From Octopus bimaculoides (taxonomy: Eukaryota), in NCBI RefSeq assembly GCF_001194135.2, contig NC_068983.1:151849466-151897395 (forward strand): a stretch of DNA of 47,930 bases. The letters are read 5' to 3'. Each line of letters begins with the position of its first letter. The first letter of the stretch is position 1. Below are positions 10,630 to 23,161 of the stretch, in pieces. The notes beneath the pieces are model-generated. The model searched no databases. It saw only the letters and a program-made list of their open reading frames with translations, and was not told the origin of the DNA. A program made the position numbers and the translations under genes.

Positions 10630-12421
10630 CACATATACATATACATATATACATATNNNNNNNNNNNNNNNNNNNNNNNNNNNNNNNNNNNNNNNNNNNN
10701 NNNNNNNNNNNNNNNNNNNNNNNNNNNNNNNNNNNNNNNNNNNNNNNNNNNNNNNNNNNNNNNNNNNNNNNNNNNNNNNNNNNNNNNNNNNNNNNNNNNN
10801 NNNNNNNNNNNNNNNNNNNNNNNNNNNNNNNNNNNNNNNNNNNNNNNNNNNNNNNNNNNNNNNNNNNNNNNNNNNNNNNNNNNNNNNNNNNNNNNNNNNN
10901 NNNNNNNNNNNNNNNNNNNNNNNNNNNNNNNNNNNNNNNNNNNNNNNNNNNNNNNNNNNNNNNNNNNNNNNNNNNNNNNNNNNNNNNNNNNNNNNNNNNN
11001 NNNNNNNNNNNNNNNNNNNNNNNNNNNNNNNNNNNNNNNNNNNNNNNNNNNNNNNNNNNNNNNNNNNNNNNNNNNNNNNNNNNNNNNNNNNNNNNNNNNN
11101 NNNNNNNNNNNNNNNNNNNNNNNNNNNNNNNNNNNNNNNNNNNNNNNNNNNNNNNNNNNNNNNNNNNNNNNNNNNNNNATTCCTTTCCGGAGTGATTATC
11201 GGATAACATTTTGAAATGGGCTTACATGCCCGAACCTCTAGGCCTCTTCAGAGATTCACAAAGGGTTACATACAAATGTAGAGCAAGAGGTAAAAACAGA
11301 GGTGTGGTAGAGACCAGAAGAAAAACAACAGCAAAAATATGATAGAAATAAAAATAAAAAATAAAATTAAAATCAAAATATAAATAAAAATAAAAATAAA
11401 AATAAGGGTACAGCAGGAAAAAAATAATAAAAATAATAATAATAAAGAATACATAAATGAATGTATAGCATGTGGGACATGCAAAAATATAAAAAAGGTA
11501 TATGTCAAAAACCCCTTAAAAATACAAGACACCCAAAAAGCCTACAAACATTATAGATAGGTCGCTATAGGCACTCCAATGCACATCTATATGTGTGGGC
11601 TCGTGTGCACAGCCTTACTCGGATGTCCCCTTACTCTCATGTGTGCATATACAAGATTTTATAAGCAAACATTCCACCACATACGTTGTTTGTGGTATCA
11701 GCTCTATTAGCCGTATCTAGAAAGCTGTAAGTGTTTTTTAGAAAGGAAGTTTTGTTGAGTGTGTGTGTCATTTATAAGTTTGGCATATTATTGTTGTTGC
11801 TGTTGTTATTATTGTTGTTGTTGTCATCATCATCGTCACCTTCACTGTTATTGCTACTAGAACATTAATAACTTGTATAAAATGAACTTCTACATAGAAC
11901 CTTCCAATATATACAGAAATGACACACACACACTCAACAAAACTTCCTTTCTAAAAAACACTGTTCTGTAGGGTATGCATGCGTGTGTGTGTGTGTGTGT
12001 GTGCAAATATATGGGGCAGGGTATTTTTGCATGCGCAGGTTAACATTGCAAAAATGGTGGAATGAGTATCTGTCAATTTTGTGCTGACTTCCTGAGCGAC
12101 ATCGTTTCGTGATACTCTGGAACATATCATGTTCTTTCACACAATACATCTATAAAAAGATTTTTCCCAGAAGAAGAAGAAAAAAAAAAACAATTTCTTT
12201 GTTTTCTACAATACACATAAATGTCTTATAGAGATGTGACAAGTCTCTATATTCTTTTTTATTTTGTTTGTTATAAAGTTTCATGGCATCCATACGTGTA
12301 TATTTCTGCAAACACATCCAGACATGTACATTATTCTAGCCATTTATTAAATAGAGTAATATCGTTAACCTCTAAGCCAGTATTACGTATATCCTGTGGA
12401 ACGCCAGAGTGCTCCATCGTA

Positions 12422-12609
12422 TTACATCATATTGTAATGATAGATGATCATACAGATAAACAACAACAGAATATCCATGTAGGCTTTTATAGTTATGGCT
12501 GTAGATTGAGTTATCATCCAAGAGCCAACTTTGTGATTTACATTTACATCCAGTTTAAGACTTGTGCCCATGCAGCTTTGTTCATGGTGTTGCCAGTATT
12601 GAGATATTC
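12422..12609 (-). CDS. Candidate terminal coding exon of a host gene: secreted/GPI-anchored-like C-terminus with weak ephrin-like last strand
   Basis: Acceptor ...TTTTTCATTAAACATATAG|, phase 1. Peptide (G)ISQYWQHHEQSCMGTSLKLDVNVNHKVGSWMITQSTAITIKAYMDILLLFICMIIYHYNMM*, ending in a hydrophobic tail. AATAAA at 12348-12343, about 75 nt after the stop. Lies in unique sequence. Confidence 0.45.
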
Positions 12610-12745
12610 CTATATGTTTAATGAAAAAAAGATGAAGTCAAGCATATATAAAAAATGTATGAGTGTGGGTGTGCGTGGGCGTGAATGTGTGTGTGTGTGT
12701 GTATACTTATACATACAAACACGCGCATATATATATATATATATA

Positions 12746-12955
12746 TATTCTTTTAGTTGCTTCAGTCATTTGATTAAGGCCATTCTGGAGCACCACCTTT
12801 AGTCGAACAAAACGACCCCAGGACTGATTCTTTGTAAGCCTAGTACTTATTCTAACGGTCTTTTTTTGTCGAACTGCTAAGTTGCGGAGACACAAACACA
12901 CCATCATCAGTTGTCAAGCGATGGTGGTGTGACAAATACAGACGCACAAACACAC
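12746..12955 (-). mobile_element. SINE family A 3' half
   Basis: Matches the family A tail and post-microsatellite segment. Confidence 0.85.
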
Positions 12956-13908
12956 ACACGCCCACACACACACACACGCCCACACACACACACACACCCA
13001 CACACACACATATATATNNNNNNNNNNNNNNNNNNNNNNNNNNNNNNNNNNNNNNNNNNNNNNNNNNNNNNNNNNNNNNNNNNNNNNNNNNNNNNNNNNN
13101 NNNNNNNNNNNNNNNNNNNNNNNNNNNNNNNNNNNNNNNNNNNNNNNNNNNNNNNNNNNNNNNNNNNNNNNNNNNNNNNNNNNNNNNNNNNNNNNNNNNN
13201 NNNNNNNNNNNNNNNNNNNNNNNNNNNNNNNNNNNNNNNNNNNNNNNNNNNNNNNNNNNNNNNNNNNNNNNNNNNNNNNNNNNNNNNNNNNNNNNNNNNN
13301 NNNNNNNNNNNNNNNNNNNNNNNNNNNNNNNNNNNNNNNNNNNNNNNNNNNNNNNNNNNNNNNNNNNNNNNNNNNNNNNNNNNNNNNNNNNNNNNNNNNN
13401 NNNNNNNNNNNNNNNNNNNNNNNNNNNNNNNNNNNNNNNNNNNNNNNNNNNNNNNNNNNNNNNNNNNNNNNNNNNNNNNNNNNNNNNNNNNNNNNNNNNN
13501 NNNNNNNNNNNNNNNNNNNNNNNNNNNNNNNNNNNNNNNNNNNNNNNNNNNNNNNNNNNNNNNNNNNNNNNNNNNNNNNNNNNNNNNNNNNNNNNNNNNN
13601 NNNNNNNNNNNNNNNNNNNNNNNNNNNNNNNNNNNNNNNNNNNNNNNNNNNNNNNNNNNNNNNNNNNNNNNNNNNNTATATATATATATATATATATGTA
13701 TGTATAATATAGATGTATGTACGCAGCAATTAATACATACGAAACTAATTTTTATCGTGTCTTATGAAGTGTGAATAAAACAATTTTTGAGAAAAAAGAT
13801 TCACACCTAGTAAAATTTGTAATTGCTATGAAGAGCTTTAATATTTTGTTAGTCATCCACCATACATTCATCCGTTTACCATCGTTACAACTACTACTAC
13901 TACTACTG

Positions 13909-13939
<31 letters not shown>

Positions 13940-15307
13940 AACTACTTATTCTGTCTTTTTGTAACAAGATGTACTGATTTCGAATCCTATCGAAGTCACT
14001 GTTGCATTTCGAGGGGTGATAAAATAAGGCACATCAATCATTAGTGTCTGCTTCATCCGCTTGAACCCCGCTCCCAAATTTCCATCCCTGTAGTTCAGTT
14101 AAAATCAAATACTATACCAGTAGTTATGGAAGAAGTATCAGGGATGGAATGAAACTTTTCTGAGTATACTTTGGGTTCTGACTCAATATCTGTTGTTTAT
14201 TTAATTTTTCCAGCTTGGTCAATTCTTAAAGTATATCAAAATAATATTCTATACCGAATTCGTTTATCGCTTTGATCTAAGCAAGCATCATACATTTCAA
14301 AAGCTTATATATGATTGCGACCTTGCATTTATATTATATATTCATTTGCTCAACATCTCATTTCAGCAAATATACACGATTCACGTTTTTGACTGATTTG
14401 TGCCTATGATTGTTGCTTGTAGTCTCGGTTGGAGTGATTTAATACATTTGATAACGTAGTTCTACAATAAGACGGGTTAGTTAAGGGTGGATAAATAATT
14501 TGAGCAAAGGTTTACCTAACAGGTTTCGCCTGGGGCGAAACAACAACGGCAGCAGCAACAACAACAAACAACAACAACAAACACCAACAACAAAAACAAC
14601 AACAACAGCAAAAATGGGAACGCCGGCAGCAACCTTTCACCAAGTTGTACTTTGAAATGCTCCAAATCAGTCGACCTTTAAGTAATAAAGCAAACTACCA
14701 CTACTACTACTACTACAACAGACAGTACTTACGCAGTTGTTAGAAATAGAGTGTATGCTTGTGTATATGTATGTGTGTATGCCTGTGTGCGTGCGTATGT
14801 TTGTGTGTATCTGACTAACGTAAGTGTGATGTTTTTTAATGCCCTGAAAAAGACGACACCGACCATCTAATTGTCTTTTAATTATTATTTGATAGTTTGG
14901 TAAGAATTGCCACCAAAATTGAACAGACCGAAAATAAAAATAGTTCATCGTTGTGTAGGAAGATAAAATAGCCCGAATTGATGACGTCTCCCTTCCCCAA
15001 TTTCATTAGCAATCTCCAACCACCGAAAATGTGAGAGAAAAGTATACAAGACTACATACATGCATATATATATATATATATATATATANNNNNNNNNNNN
15101 NNNNNNNNNNNNNNNNNNNNNNNNNNNNNNNNNNNNNNNNNNNNNNNNNNNNNNNNNNNNNNNNNNNNNNNNNNNNNNNNNNNNNNNNNNNNNNNNNNNN
15201 NNNNNNNNNNNNNNNNNNNNNNNNNNNNNNNNNNNNNNNNNNNCAAATACATTTGAATACGTATATATACACACATATATATGCATGTTGGTAAATATAC
15301 GTCACTA

Positions 15308-15455
15308 GGCGTAGGAGGGGCTGTGTGGTAAGTAGCTTGCTTACCAACCACATGGTTCCGGGTTCAGTCCCACAGCGTGACACCTTGGGCAAGTGTCTTC
15401 TACTATAACCTCGGGCCAATCAAAGCCTTGTGAGTGGATTTGGTAGACGGAAACT
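15308..15455 (+). mobile_element. SINE family A 5' half
   Basis: GGCGTAGGAGGGGCTGTGTGGTAAG...GGTTCAGTCCC...GTGACACCTTGGGCAAGTG. Confidence 0.9.
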
Positions 15456-15672
15456 TTTGCCTGTCTCTTCTCAAAGTTCGTTTTCCATGCTTTTATTTTT
15501 TATGTTCTCGTTTCTCATTTTGTTCACGTTTTTTTGACGTCCTGTACCCATATATGCATGTATATATACATATATATGTAGGCATGTACATGTATGTTTG
15601 TATATATGCATATATATATATTATTTAGATTATTATATGATCGAACGCCACGCATCCATTTCCAAGTAAGTT

Positions 15673-15675
<3 letters not shown>

Positions 15676-15729
<54 letters not shown>

Positions 15730-15766
15730 GATCGATCGATCCATTCATCCGTCCATTCATCCATCC

Positions 15767-15826
<60 letters not shown>
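15676..15826. repeat. (ATCT)n / (ATCC)n microsatellite
   Basis: Directly visible. Confidence 0.98.
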
Positions 15827-15827
<1 letters not shown>

Positions 15828-16779
15828 ATATTTATGTAGTTTCTTCAAGTTTTCATGTGTAATCATATATATTTATGAAACTATTAAAACTCAATATTCC
15901 AAGAAACTGTAAAATAAATGGAGCATGATATATAGCTTCCATTTTTCTTACAAAACAAAATATAAAAATAAAACGAAAAATTTTTATCTCTAAATAGCTG
16001 CCTGACTACTAAATATAGCAACAAATTCTCCCTGAAATTACACTATGCACTCTTATATAAGTAAAAGACATGTTAGAGGATATAGTCTTCGGCATATTCC
16101 TAATTAGACAGAATGATCACGGCTGGAATGTCTCTAATCATAAATCTGCTCAATCAAGGTTCGCCTAGAAGGAAACCTGTTAGAGTAGTCTTCAATTGCC
16201 TTCAACACATTATTTTTTCCTCGCATTGGCAAAGGGCCGATTTATTCCTAGCACTAATCTTACTTGATGATAATAACAATAGTTACTTCTAAAATAAGCA
16301 CAAGTGGATATTGTGGATATTGGTCAGTCGATTATGTCGACATGATTATTTGAATGATTCAGTATATCAACCATAGGAGGCAGGAAAATCAAGGTTAACC
16401 TCTGTTACATTTGAACTCAGAACGCAAAGATCATTTGCAAATGCCGTGAAGAATTTTTCCTGAAGGTCTACCTGTTGTTATATTCTACTGTCCTGATGAT
16501 AATAATTAACTTCTAACCTATGTAAAATTCTGAAACTTGTGGAGGGAATGGACAATTACATCAACCCTGCTATTTGAATAGTAATTTATCGATGAAAGAA
16601 AAATTTGACTTAAGTGGGATTGGAATTCAGAGCGAGTAAAGTAGGGGGAAAATACCGACGTTTCGACGAATCTGCCAGTCCACCGACTTTCTATCTAAAG
16701 TTGGGAAAACCCTAACTTTGTGAGAAATGATTAGTTCATTATATTAATGCTATTACTTGACTGGTACTTCCTGTTATTG

Positions 16780-17513
16780 ACTTCGCAAGGAATATTGAAA
16801 CACAGCCCAAAATGTCTGCTTCCATAAAATACAAGGGTTAAAATCGCTATACATTAAGTTGTTTATAGAACAATGAACACATCGAGTGAAACATACAGAC
16901 GAACAACCTCTACACCTAATCAAATCATTTTTGAACATCAAATCACAAAAGAAACAATTTTCTAAACTAAAAACACCATAACTTCCCCGACTAATATCCA
17001 TCCCCTTCCAAATAAAAATAGGAAATACTCTAAATAACAAAAACAACAAGTAAAGAAACTGACCAGGTAAAGCAACATCTAAGATTATTTTGTGAATCTC
17101 TAAAAAATTCCATTACCAAAATGTTGACACACCCAGTTATAAAGGTTTTAAATACCGAACTTTGTACCCTTGATCTTTACTTGGATTACAAAGGATTAAA
17201 TCCAATAAAACCAAAAATAACTAAACTATTAACATATCCTGTGCCTAGCTAATAAAAGTGCACACATCTAAACGTATACAGTTGCTTACAATGCTCTATA
17301 TACTTGAATAGTTTCTAAATAATAACATGGCTACCAATTTGATAAATTTAGAATTCTTCAAAATAACTATCCGTAACAACCCATCCTAAACGAATATTAC
17401 TACTCCATTCAAGACCACACATTCTAGGAAGACTTTAACCCAACAAAGAATATAAAATCTAGATTAACACTAATGCATCTCAATCTGAAGGTGGCTCAAA
17501 TGACCGAAACTTG
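16780..17513 (+). mobile_element. Probable decayed Penelope-like element (RT thumb / linker region and 3' end)
   Basis: A-rich frameshifted coding relic (KYK...VYRT..., NNLY/PLHLIKSFL, RLISIPF) loosely resembles the PLE thumb. It ends in a degenerate HHR (CTGAAGG-TGGC-TCAAAT-GACC-GAAAC, 17485-17510) where PLE HHRs normally lie. Confidence 0.4.
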
Positions 17514-17524
17514 GAAGACATGCG

Positions 17525-17528
<4 letters not shown>

Positions 17529-17586
<58 letters not shown>
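17529..17586. repeat. (CA)n microsatellite
   Basis: Directly visible. Confidence 0.98.
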
Positions 17587-17587
<1 letters not shown>

Positions 17588-18025
17588 CACACAAATATAG
17601 TTATGCTGTGACATAATGAACAGAACATTTCATGACAAGTTAACCACCGTTGGTTACGCTCTAGCAGATAAAAAATTTAAGCATTTTCAATAAACTTCAA
17701 ATATTTCTTATTAAAAAGTGGTAATAACAAAAGAACGAAAGAATTATTATTTTGAAATCAAGAAATTTTTTTTATTAATTATAGTTTTTAATATTAAATT
17801 AGATATTTACATGATGGTGTCAATAAATCTTCAACAATTTCATGAAGGGGGGTCATTGATATAAGAAGTTTACCAACTCTTGACCTTGAAGCATTCTTCA
17901 ACGTATGGTGTCATAAACTTGTCAGTAGTCCACAACTGACTTATATTGTGGTCTTATTCAATTTTTCATATTTTCGGTTTAAGCATTCATGTACAATTTT
18001 TTCAGTGAACTGTTTCACTTATATG

Positions 18026-18385
18026 TTTTTAACCCTACGCGCGTAAGTAGTCACTCGTCTTAGTCTGTCTGACTGTCTGTCTGTCTGTTTGCAAAATTAC
18101 TGGAAAACAGCTGCACAGATTTTCACCAAATTTGGTAGAAATACTCATTGGCTGAGTGGCTCGAACTCATTAAATTTCAGGTTGATTATCAGCAATACTA
18201 ACAGACAGCTGAATCAAAATATTTTTTTTTTCTTAGTTACATACGGATAAACGATAAGCAAAGGAAATAACTCTTGATATCATTTTGGTGAAATATGAAT
18301 TCGTCTGAGAATACATTTATTAAATTAAATTCTATTTTATCCTTGTGTGCGCGCAGGGTATCCATCACCCCTGCGATGCCATCTT
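18026..18385 (+). mobile_element. Helentron-type non-autonomous element (HINE/DINE-like)
   Basis: T-run start; subterminal inverted repeats TAACCCTACGCGC / GCGCGCAGGGTA; (GTCT)n near the 5' end; TTTTCACCAAATTTGGTAG; 3' hairpin CATC-ACCCCTGC-GATG followed by a T-run. Confidence 0.7.
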
Positions 18386-18805
18386 TTTTCATTTATTATG
18401 TTACTCTCAATTTTGGCAATGTTTCTTAAAAAGAAGTTAGTGACACTTTTTATCCATTTCTCTCTCCAGCTGCACAGTGTCTTGCCTGTCCTACTAAAGT
18501 TTTTTCTTCCATGTATGCAAACTTTAGAAACAATTGTTTGGTTCTTTCTATTGCTGACGATATTCTAGTGCTACATTTAGGGCACAGCCATAACCCTAAG
18601 TGTTTATTCGTATTGTCATTTCTTGTGACGCTATACAATTACTGTTGTGGTAAACATAAATTTCACCAAGTTCTTGCAATGACTAGTTCGGAAAGCGAGA
18701 CAAACAAAAATTGTAAAATTAGTGCGCATTTATACCTGTTGCTTACTTCTATATTTGAGGGCATGTCTCACATATTTTAGTTATACAAAATGTATNNNNN
18801 NNNNN

Positions 18806-18843
<38 letters not shown>

Positions 18844-19094
18844 GTGCATGCCTTTGTGTGTGCGCGTGAGTGTGTATGTTTGATTGTGTGAGTGTGTGTG
18901 TGTGTATGTGTGTGCGCACATAAGTATACGATATGTATACATAAGCATTTGTATGTATATTCTGTCTCTTGCTATACAAAGAAATTATGTAATGATATAC
19001 ATACATACATACACACACACAGACACACACACATATATTATTTTGTTTTAAAGACAATGAAAGACTGTTCAGTTTTAGGTTTTCTTGGCAGAAC

Positions 19095-20110
19095 ACAATT
19101 ATGTATCGTCTTACTACCATAAATGCACGTTTGGACTTACCAAACTTCATTCCAGTGTTAGTGGAATACCGAGTAATGTTGTCTAATTGATTTTTGATAT
19201 GGTTAATACCTGGTATGCTAATTTTGGGTGCGATTTGTCATGTTTTGGCAGCAGGTATGATAATGGGTTTAACGAAAGAACAATGAGTAGTACTCATAAA
19301 CTATTGCCCTGCAGGATGTCTTTTTTGGTAATGTATGAAGTTAGATTTAATTGTTCATTTTTCGACACAAAAGAAAGATTGTGTGGCATTTCTTGGGCGC
19401 TGAATAGTAATTACTAATAATTCTAAGACTTTGACTATTTGTAAAACTTTGATAATCCGCCTATCTGATGTACTATCCAAGTCAAGATAGCGAAGAGACT
19501 CTACATGGTGGTATGGGATCGTTCGAAGAACAAGAAATTGCAGTTGAATATACCTGAAAAATTACTTTATCTTCTAAAACATAATTAAATCTTCAGAACA
19601 TACTAATACTGAAAGTATTCTAGCAGAAAAGAAAGCAGTATGACCATGACAAAAAAATTTAAGTCAAAGGATAATTTTTCTACACAAGACAAAATATCTC
19701 TTAGCGCATGTAAATGCTATTGGAGAATGACAGAAGCTAACAGTTTAGCGAATTCTGACACCAATATAAAGTTGTCTTACGAAGTGTAGAATTCGCACCT
19801 TTCACTGAGTGATACGCCAATATATGTAGCCGCTCTTCAGATACTTGACCTCACACTCTGAGGATTTCAGTCATGTTCAGGAGAAGATCTGAGCCTTTGA
19901 TTTAGCAAGACCGTCCAAGCTAAAATCTTCATGAGAATAGCCTGCTCTCACTGATTAGGGTGGAACTAGAGGGGCATTGCTCGAAAAAGTAGCCAATATC
20001 TTCCGCTGCAAAACAATTGGACGAACGGCTGAAATGGCGAAAAACGTCAATACAAGACGGACTGGCCATGAAGGCACAGCTAAGATAATACTTGGAATGT
20101 TGGTAATCTG
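19095..20110 (-). mobile_element. R4/Dong-like non-LTR retrotransposon, decayed RT region
   Basis: Minus-strand relic peptides in the expected order: STLRKT, DSTSDRRIIKVLQIVKV, IKSNFIHYQK, DILQGNSL*VLLIVLSLNPLSYLL, NQLDNITRYSTNTGMKFGKSKRAFMVVRR. These match R4/Dong RT motifs (GIFQGDSLS...LNPLS; GMxFGxxKCA). Confidence 0.75.
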
Positions 20111-20123
20111 TTTCAGTTTCGTT

Positions 20124-20187
20124 GTCACATTTCAACGTTTCGCATGTCACATTTCACGTTTCGCATGTCACATTTCACGTTTCGCAT
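20124..20187. repeat. 21-bp tandem repeat x3 (GTCACATTTCACGTTTCGCAT)
   Basis: Directly visible. Confidence 0.9.
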
Positions 20188-20324
20188 TGGATGTCTTCGA
20201 AACAACAGAACATAAGACACTTCCTGGCTATTTGGGATTCAGCTTAATAAATATGTGACTGCAATAAACAGATATGAATATGCACGCGCACGTGTGTATC
20301 ATCACAAGCAACAAGAAAATCTGA

Positions 20325-20515
20325 CTAGCAAGCTATCTGACAGGTATGCAAAACCAAGATCGTGTCCAGAAGCAACACGTTTGGAATCTGAAATATCTGA
20401 AATAGAATACTACATGGATCTTTAGTCATACTACTTCCACTCACCATTTACCTAGAGAACTTTTTGCACGACTCCAAAACATACAAGCAGTGAAATATGC
20501 AGACGATATCATTCC
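20325..20515 (+). mobile_element. L2/CR1-like LINE RT fragment
   Basis: Relic peptides SYLTG, RILHGSLVILLPLTIY and QNIQAVKYADDII (SYL.gR, GxxQGS and YADD motifs) across frameshifts. Confidence 0.6.
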
Positions 20516-20760
20516 ACCATTCCACCATTCCACCATTCCACAGACGCTATCATAATACCTATTTAAACCACCGAGAAACTCGACTCCACAACAACCGAGG
20601 TAATGTAGCACTTACCAAATATATTGTCTCCCGCATTACCAAACATCAGAGAATATCAAATGCAACAACAGCATAACCACTCAACAATACAAATTTACCT
20701 CACCCCCACTCAGGTAGACAAACAGAGGGGGAGTTAAAGATGGAAAGAAAGCGAGAGAGA

Positions 20761-20804
<44 letters not shown>

Positions 20805-20879
20805 AAAGGAAATCAAAATATATGGAGTTACGATGACTTCGCAATATTACAACATATAGAGAATACACAAAGAAAAACC

Positions 20880-21420
20880 CAAAACGAGGCCCGAATATAT
20901 TTTAAGCAATCCAAAACGTCCACCATACCAGTCATTGCCATACTTATTACGTAAGTCTTCGGGTACTTAAGGAACAGACTATAAAATGTGCTTCATATCC
21001 AGGATGTTATGCTCCGTCCATATAATTCATCACAGCTCAGAATATGCAGTATAATCTATAGGTGGAGGTATGTCATAGCCAGGAAGGAGGATTCGTGGGT
21101 TAAGTTTACCGTTTGACCAACTACATGTCTGCCATCGAGCTGTAAACAACTCCATAGATTCATCTTTTATACCAGACTGCTGATCCTTTAATCTCGAGGC
21201 CCATAATTCTCTTAGACGAACACTGTATCTGTCTCGTATATGGTGTTCTACTAAGATGTTAAGCAATGATTTTTAGACCGGGTTGTTGGACTAATTTTAA
21301 AAGCAAATGTGGCAGTAATTTATCAGATATTAAGCCTGTCATACTGCCAATGGCTCTAGTTTGTTCTGATTGGGTAACATTTACAGTAATTGTACCGTTA
21401 GTGCGAAGTTAAACGGACTG
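20880..21420 (-). mobile_element. Probable N-terminal ORF segment of the same R4/Dong-like element
   Basis: Long, mostly open minus-strand frame ...RILLPGYDIPPPIDYTAYSEL**IIWTEHNILDMKHIL*SV resembles the R4 N-terminal 'RxxLP...I.t.nI.d.nhllYs' block. Same strand as, and upstream of, 19095-20110. Confidence 0.45.
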
Positions 21421-22211
21421 ACTCAGAGTATTTAACGAACTGTCTATTTACTTATTTCTCATTTAAATTAGAGCCATTTTTAGTATCATGTCTTCCAGAT
21501 ATGGTTATAAGTTTTTCTTTTAGCTGAGGTAGTAACTAATTTAACTTTTAAAATTTTTTCTTACAAATTGTTTCTAATTTTTACCGAATTTATTCCTGGT
21601 GTTCAGTGAAGACGTTTCATCGTAAAATTATGAGAATATAGGTAATTACTTTCCCAAATAGTAATATTTTATTTTTCAATATACGCTTCAACAGCAGCTA
21701 AAGATATCTACCTGCAAACTGTTTATGTATATCTCTTTCCTATGCATTAGTTATGTGGTTATTAGCACATATATCAGAAGTTTTATATCTTGTTATTTCT
21801 ATATCATTTAAACAGTAAAATATATAGTTGAGAGTGTATAAAAATATAAAGTTTATGAAGTTTATACTGAGATTTTATATATATTCTTTACTCAATCTAT
21901 GTTTATAGAAATGGCTTGAGCAGCAGACGTGTTCAAAGCCATGATGGTTCTACCTTATGCTAAAATTAAAACTTAGTAAATTTTAAATGAGACTGAAATG
22001 TCGACAGATTTGAATTGTAGCTAAATCCAAGGTTATTCGAAACATACATTTCGTTTTTAAAACTATTTTATTCCAGGAATTGTCAGACACCATAATTTAG
22101 TTGTGTAAAACACATGGGACGATTCATCCAAATTGATTTTCGTTCTTTTGGTAATTTTATTTGAATGTACGTAAAATAAACAATATATCGTGCTTAGATA
22201 TTTGTGTCGTA

Positions 22212-22597
22212 GTGGAGGCGCAATGGCCCAGTGGTTAGGGCAGCGGACTCGCGGTCATAAGATCGCATTTCGATTCCCAGACCGGGCGTTGTGAGTGTTT
22301 ATTGAGCGAAAACACCTAAAGCTCCACGAGGCTCCGGCAGGACATGGTGGCGAACCCTGCTGTACTCCTTCACCACAGCTTTCTCTCACTCTTTCTTCCT
22401 GTTTCTGTTGTGCCTGTAATTCAAAGGGTCAGCCTTGTCACACTGTGTCACGCTGAATATCCCCAAGATCTATGTTAAGGGTACACGTGTCTGTGGAGTG
22501 CTCAGCCACTTGCACGTTAATTTCACGAGCAGGCTGTTCCGTTGATCGGATCAACTGGAACCCTCGACGTCGTAAGCGACAGAGTGCCAACAACAAC
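22212..22597 (+). mobile_element. SINE family B, full length
   Basis: tRNA-Arg(TCG)-like head GTGGAGGCGCAATGGCCCAGTGGTTAGGGCAGCGGACTCGCGGTC, (CAA)n tail, TSD AT(T/C)TGTGTCGTA. Confidence 0.95.
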
Positions 22598-23045
22598 ATC
22601 TGTGTCGTAACACATGTAAAATTAACACCATTCTTAAGCTAAAATTTTCCAAAAATCCACTGCCACCTCCTTACAGTGCTAGTAAATATACATAAAACAC
22701 GATTAAAATGAGTCTTGCCTTGTAGTTTTAAATATAACTACATACACACCCAAGCATATACACACATACATGTAAATACGCGCACACGCATAAACACACA
22801 CACACACACACATGCAGACACCCCACCACACATACACAAGTAAATGAACAAATGTCCGAAAGTATAGCTTAACGTATTTGGTGAGCACATAAATGTGTGT
22901 GCGTGTATACCTGTATATGTGTCTGTATGAATATGTAATCGTTTGTGTGTGTGTATGTGTGTGTGTGTGTATGAAGGCGTAGTGGTTAGAGCAATGCACT
23001 CAAGATCTATTGATCGTGATTTCAATTCCTATATCAGGTGGTACC

Positions 23046-23161
23046 CTTTTTACTCTTTACTCTTTTACTTGTTTCAGTCATTTGACTATGGCCATGCTGG
23101 AGCACCGCCTTTAGTCGAGCAAATCGACCCCAGAACTTATTCTTTGTAAGCCTAGTACTTA
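23046..23161 (-). mobile_element. SINE family A 3' fragment
   Basis: Matches the family A tail, including the AAAGAGT-type end. Confidence 0.85.

Noticed and set aside
11221-11254. Minus-strand CTGAAGA-GGCC-TAGA-GGTT hammerhead-like motif
   Set aside because: GAAA is absent (CGGG); too many changes are needed, although it could be a dead relic.
19850-20100. Plus-strand hAT-dimerisation-like peptide (NLHENSLLSLIRVELEG) and the ORF at 19977-20258
   Set aside because: The minus strand gives a longer colinear R4/Dong RT match across the same bases.
22212-22290. tRNA genes at SINE heads (also 4590-4660, 7630-7704, 28781-28830)
   Set aside because: No closed acceptor stem; they continue into SINE bodies with tails and TSDs.
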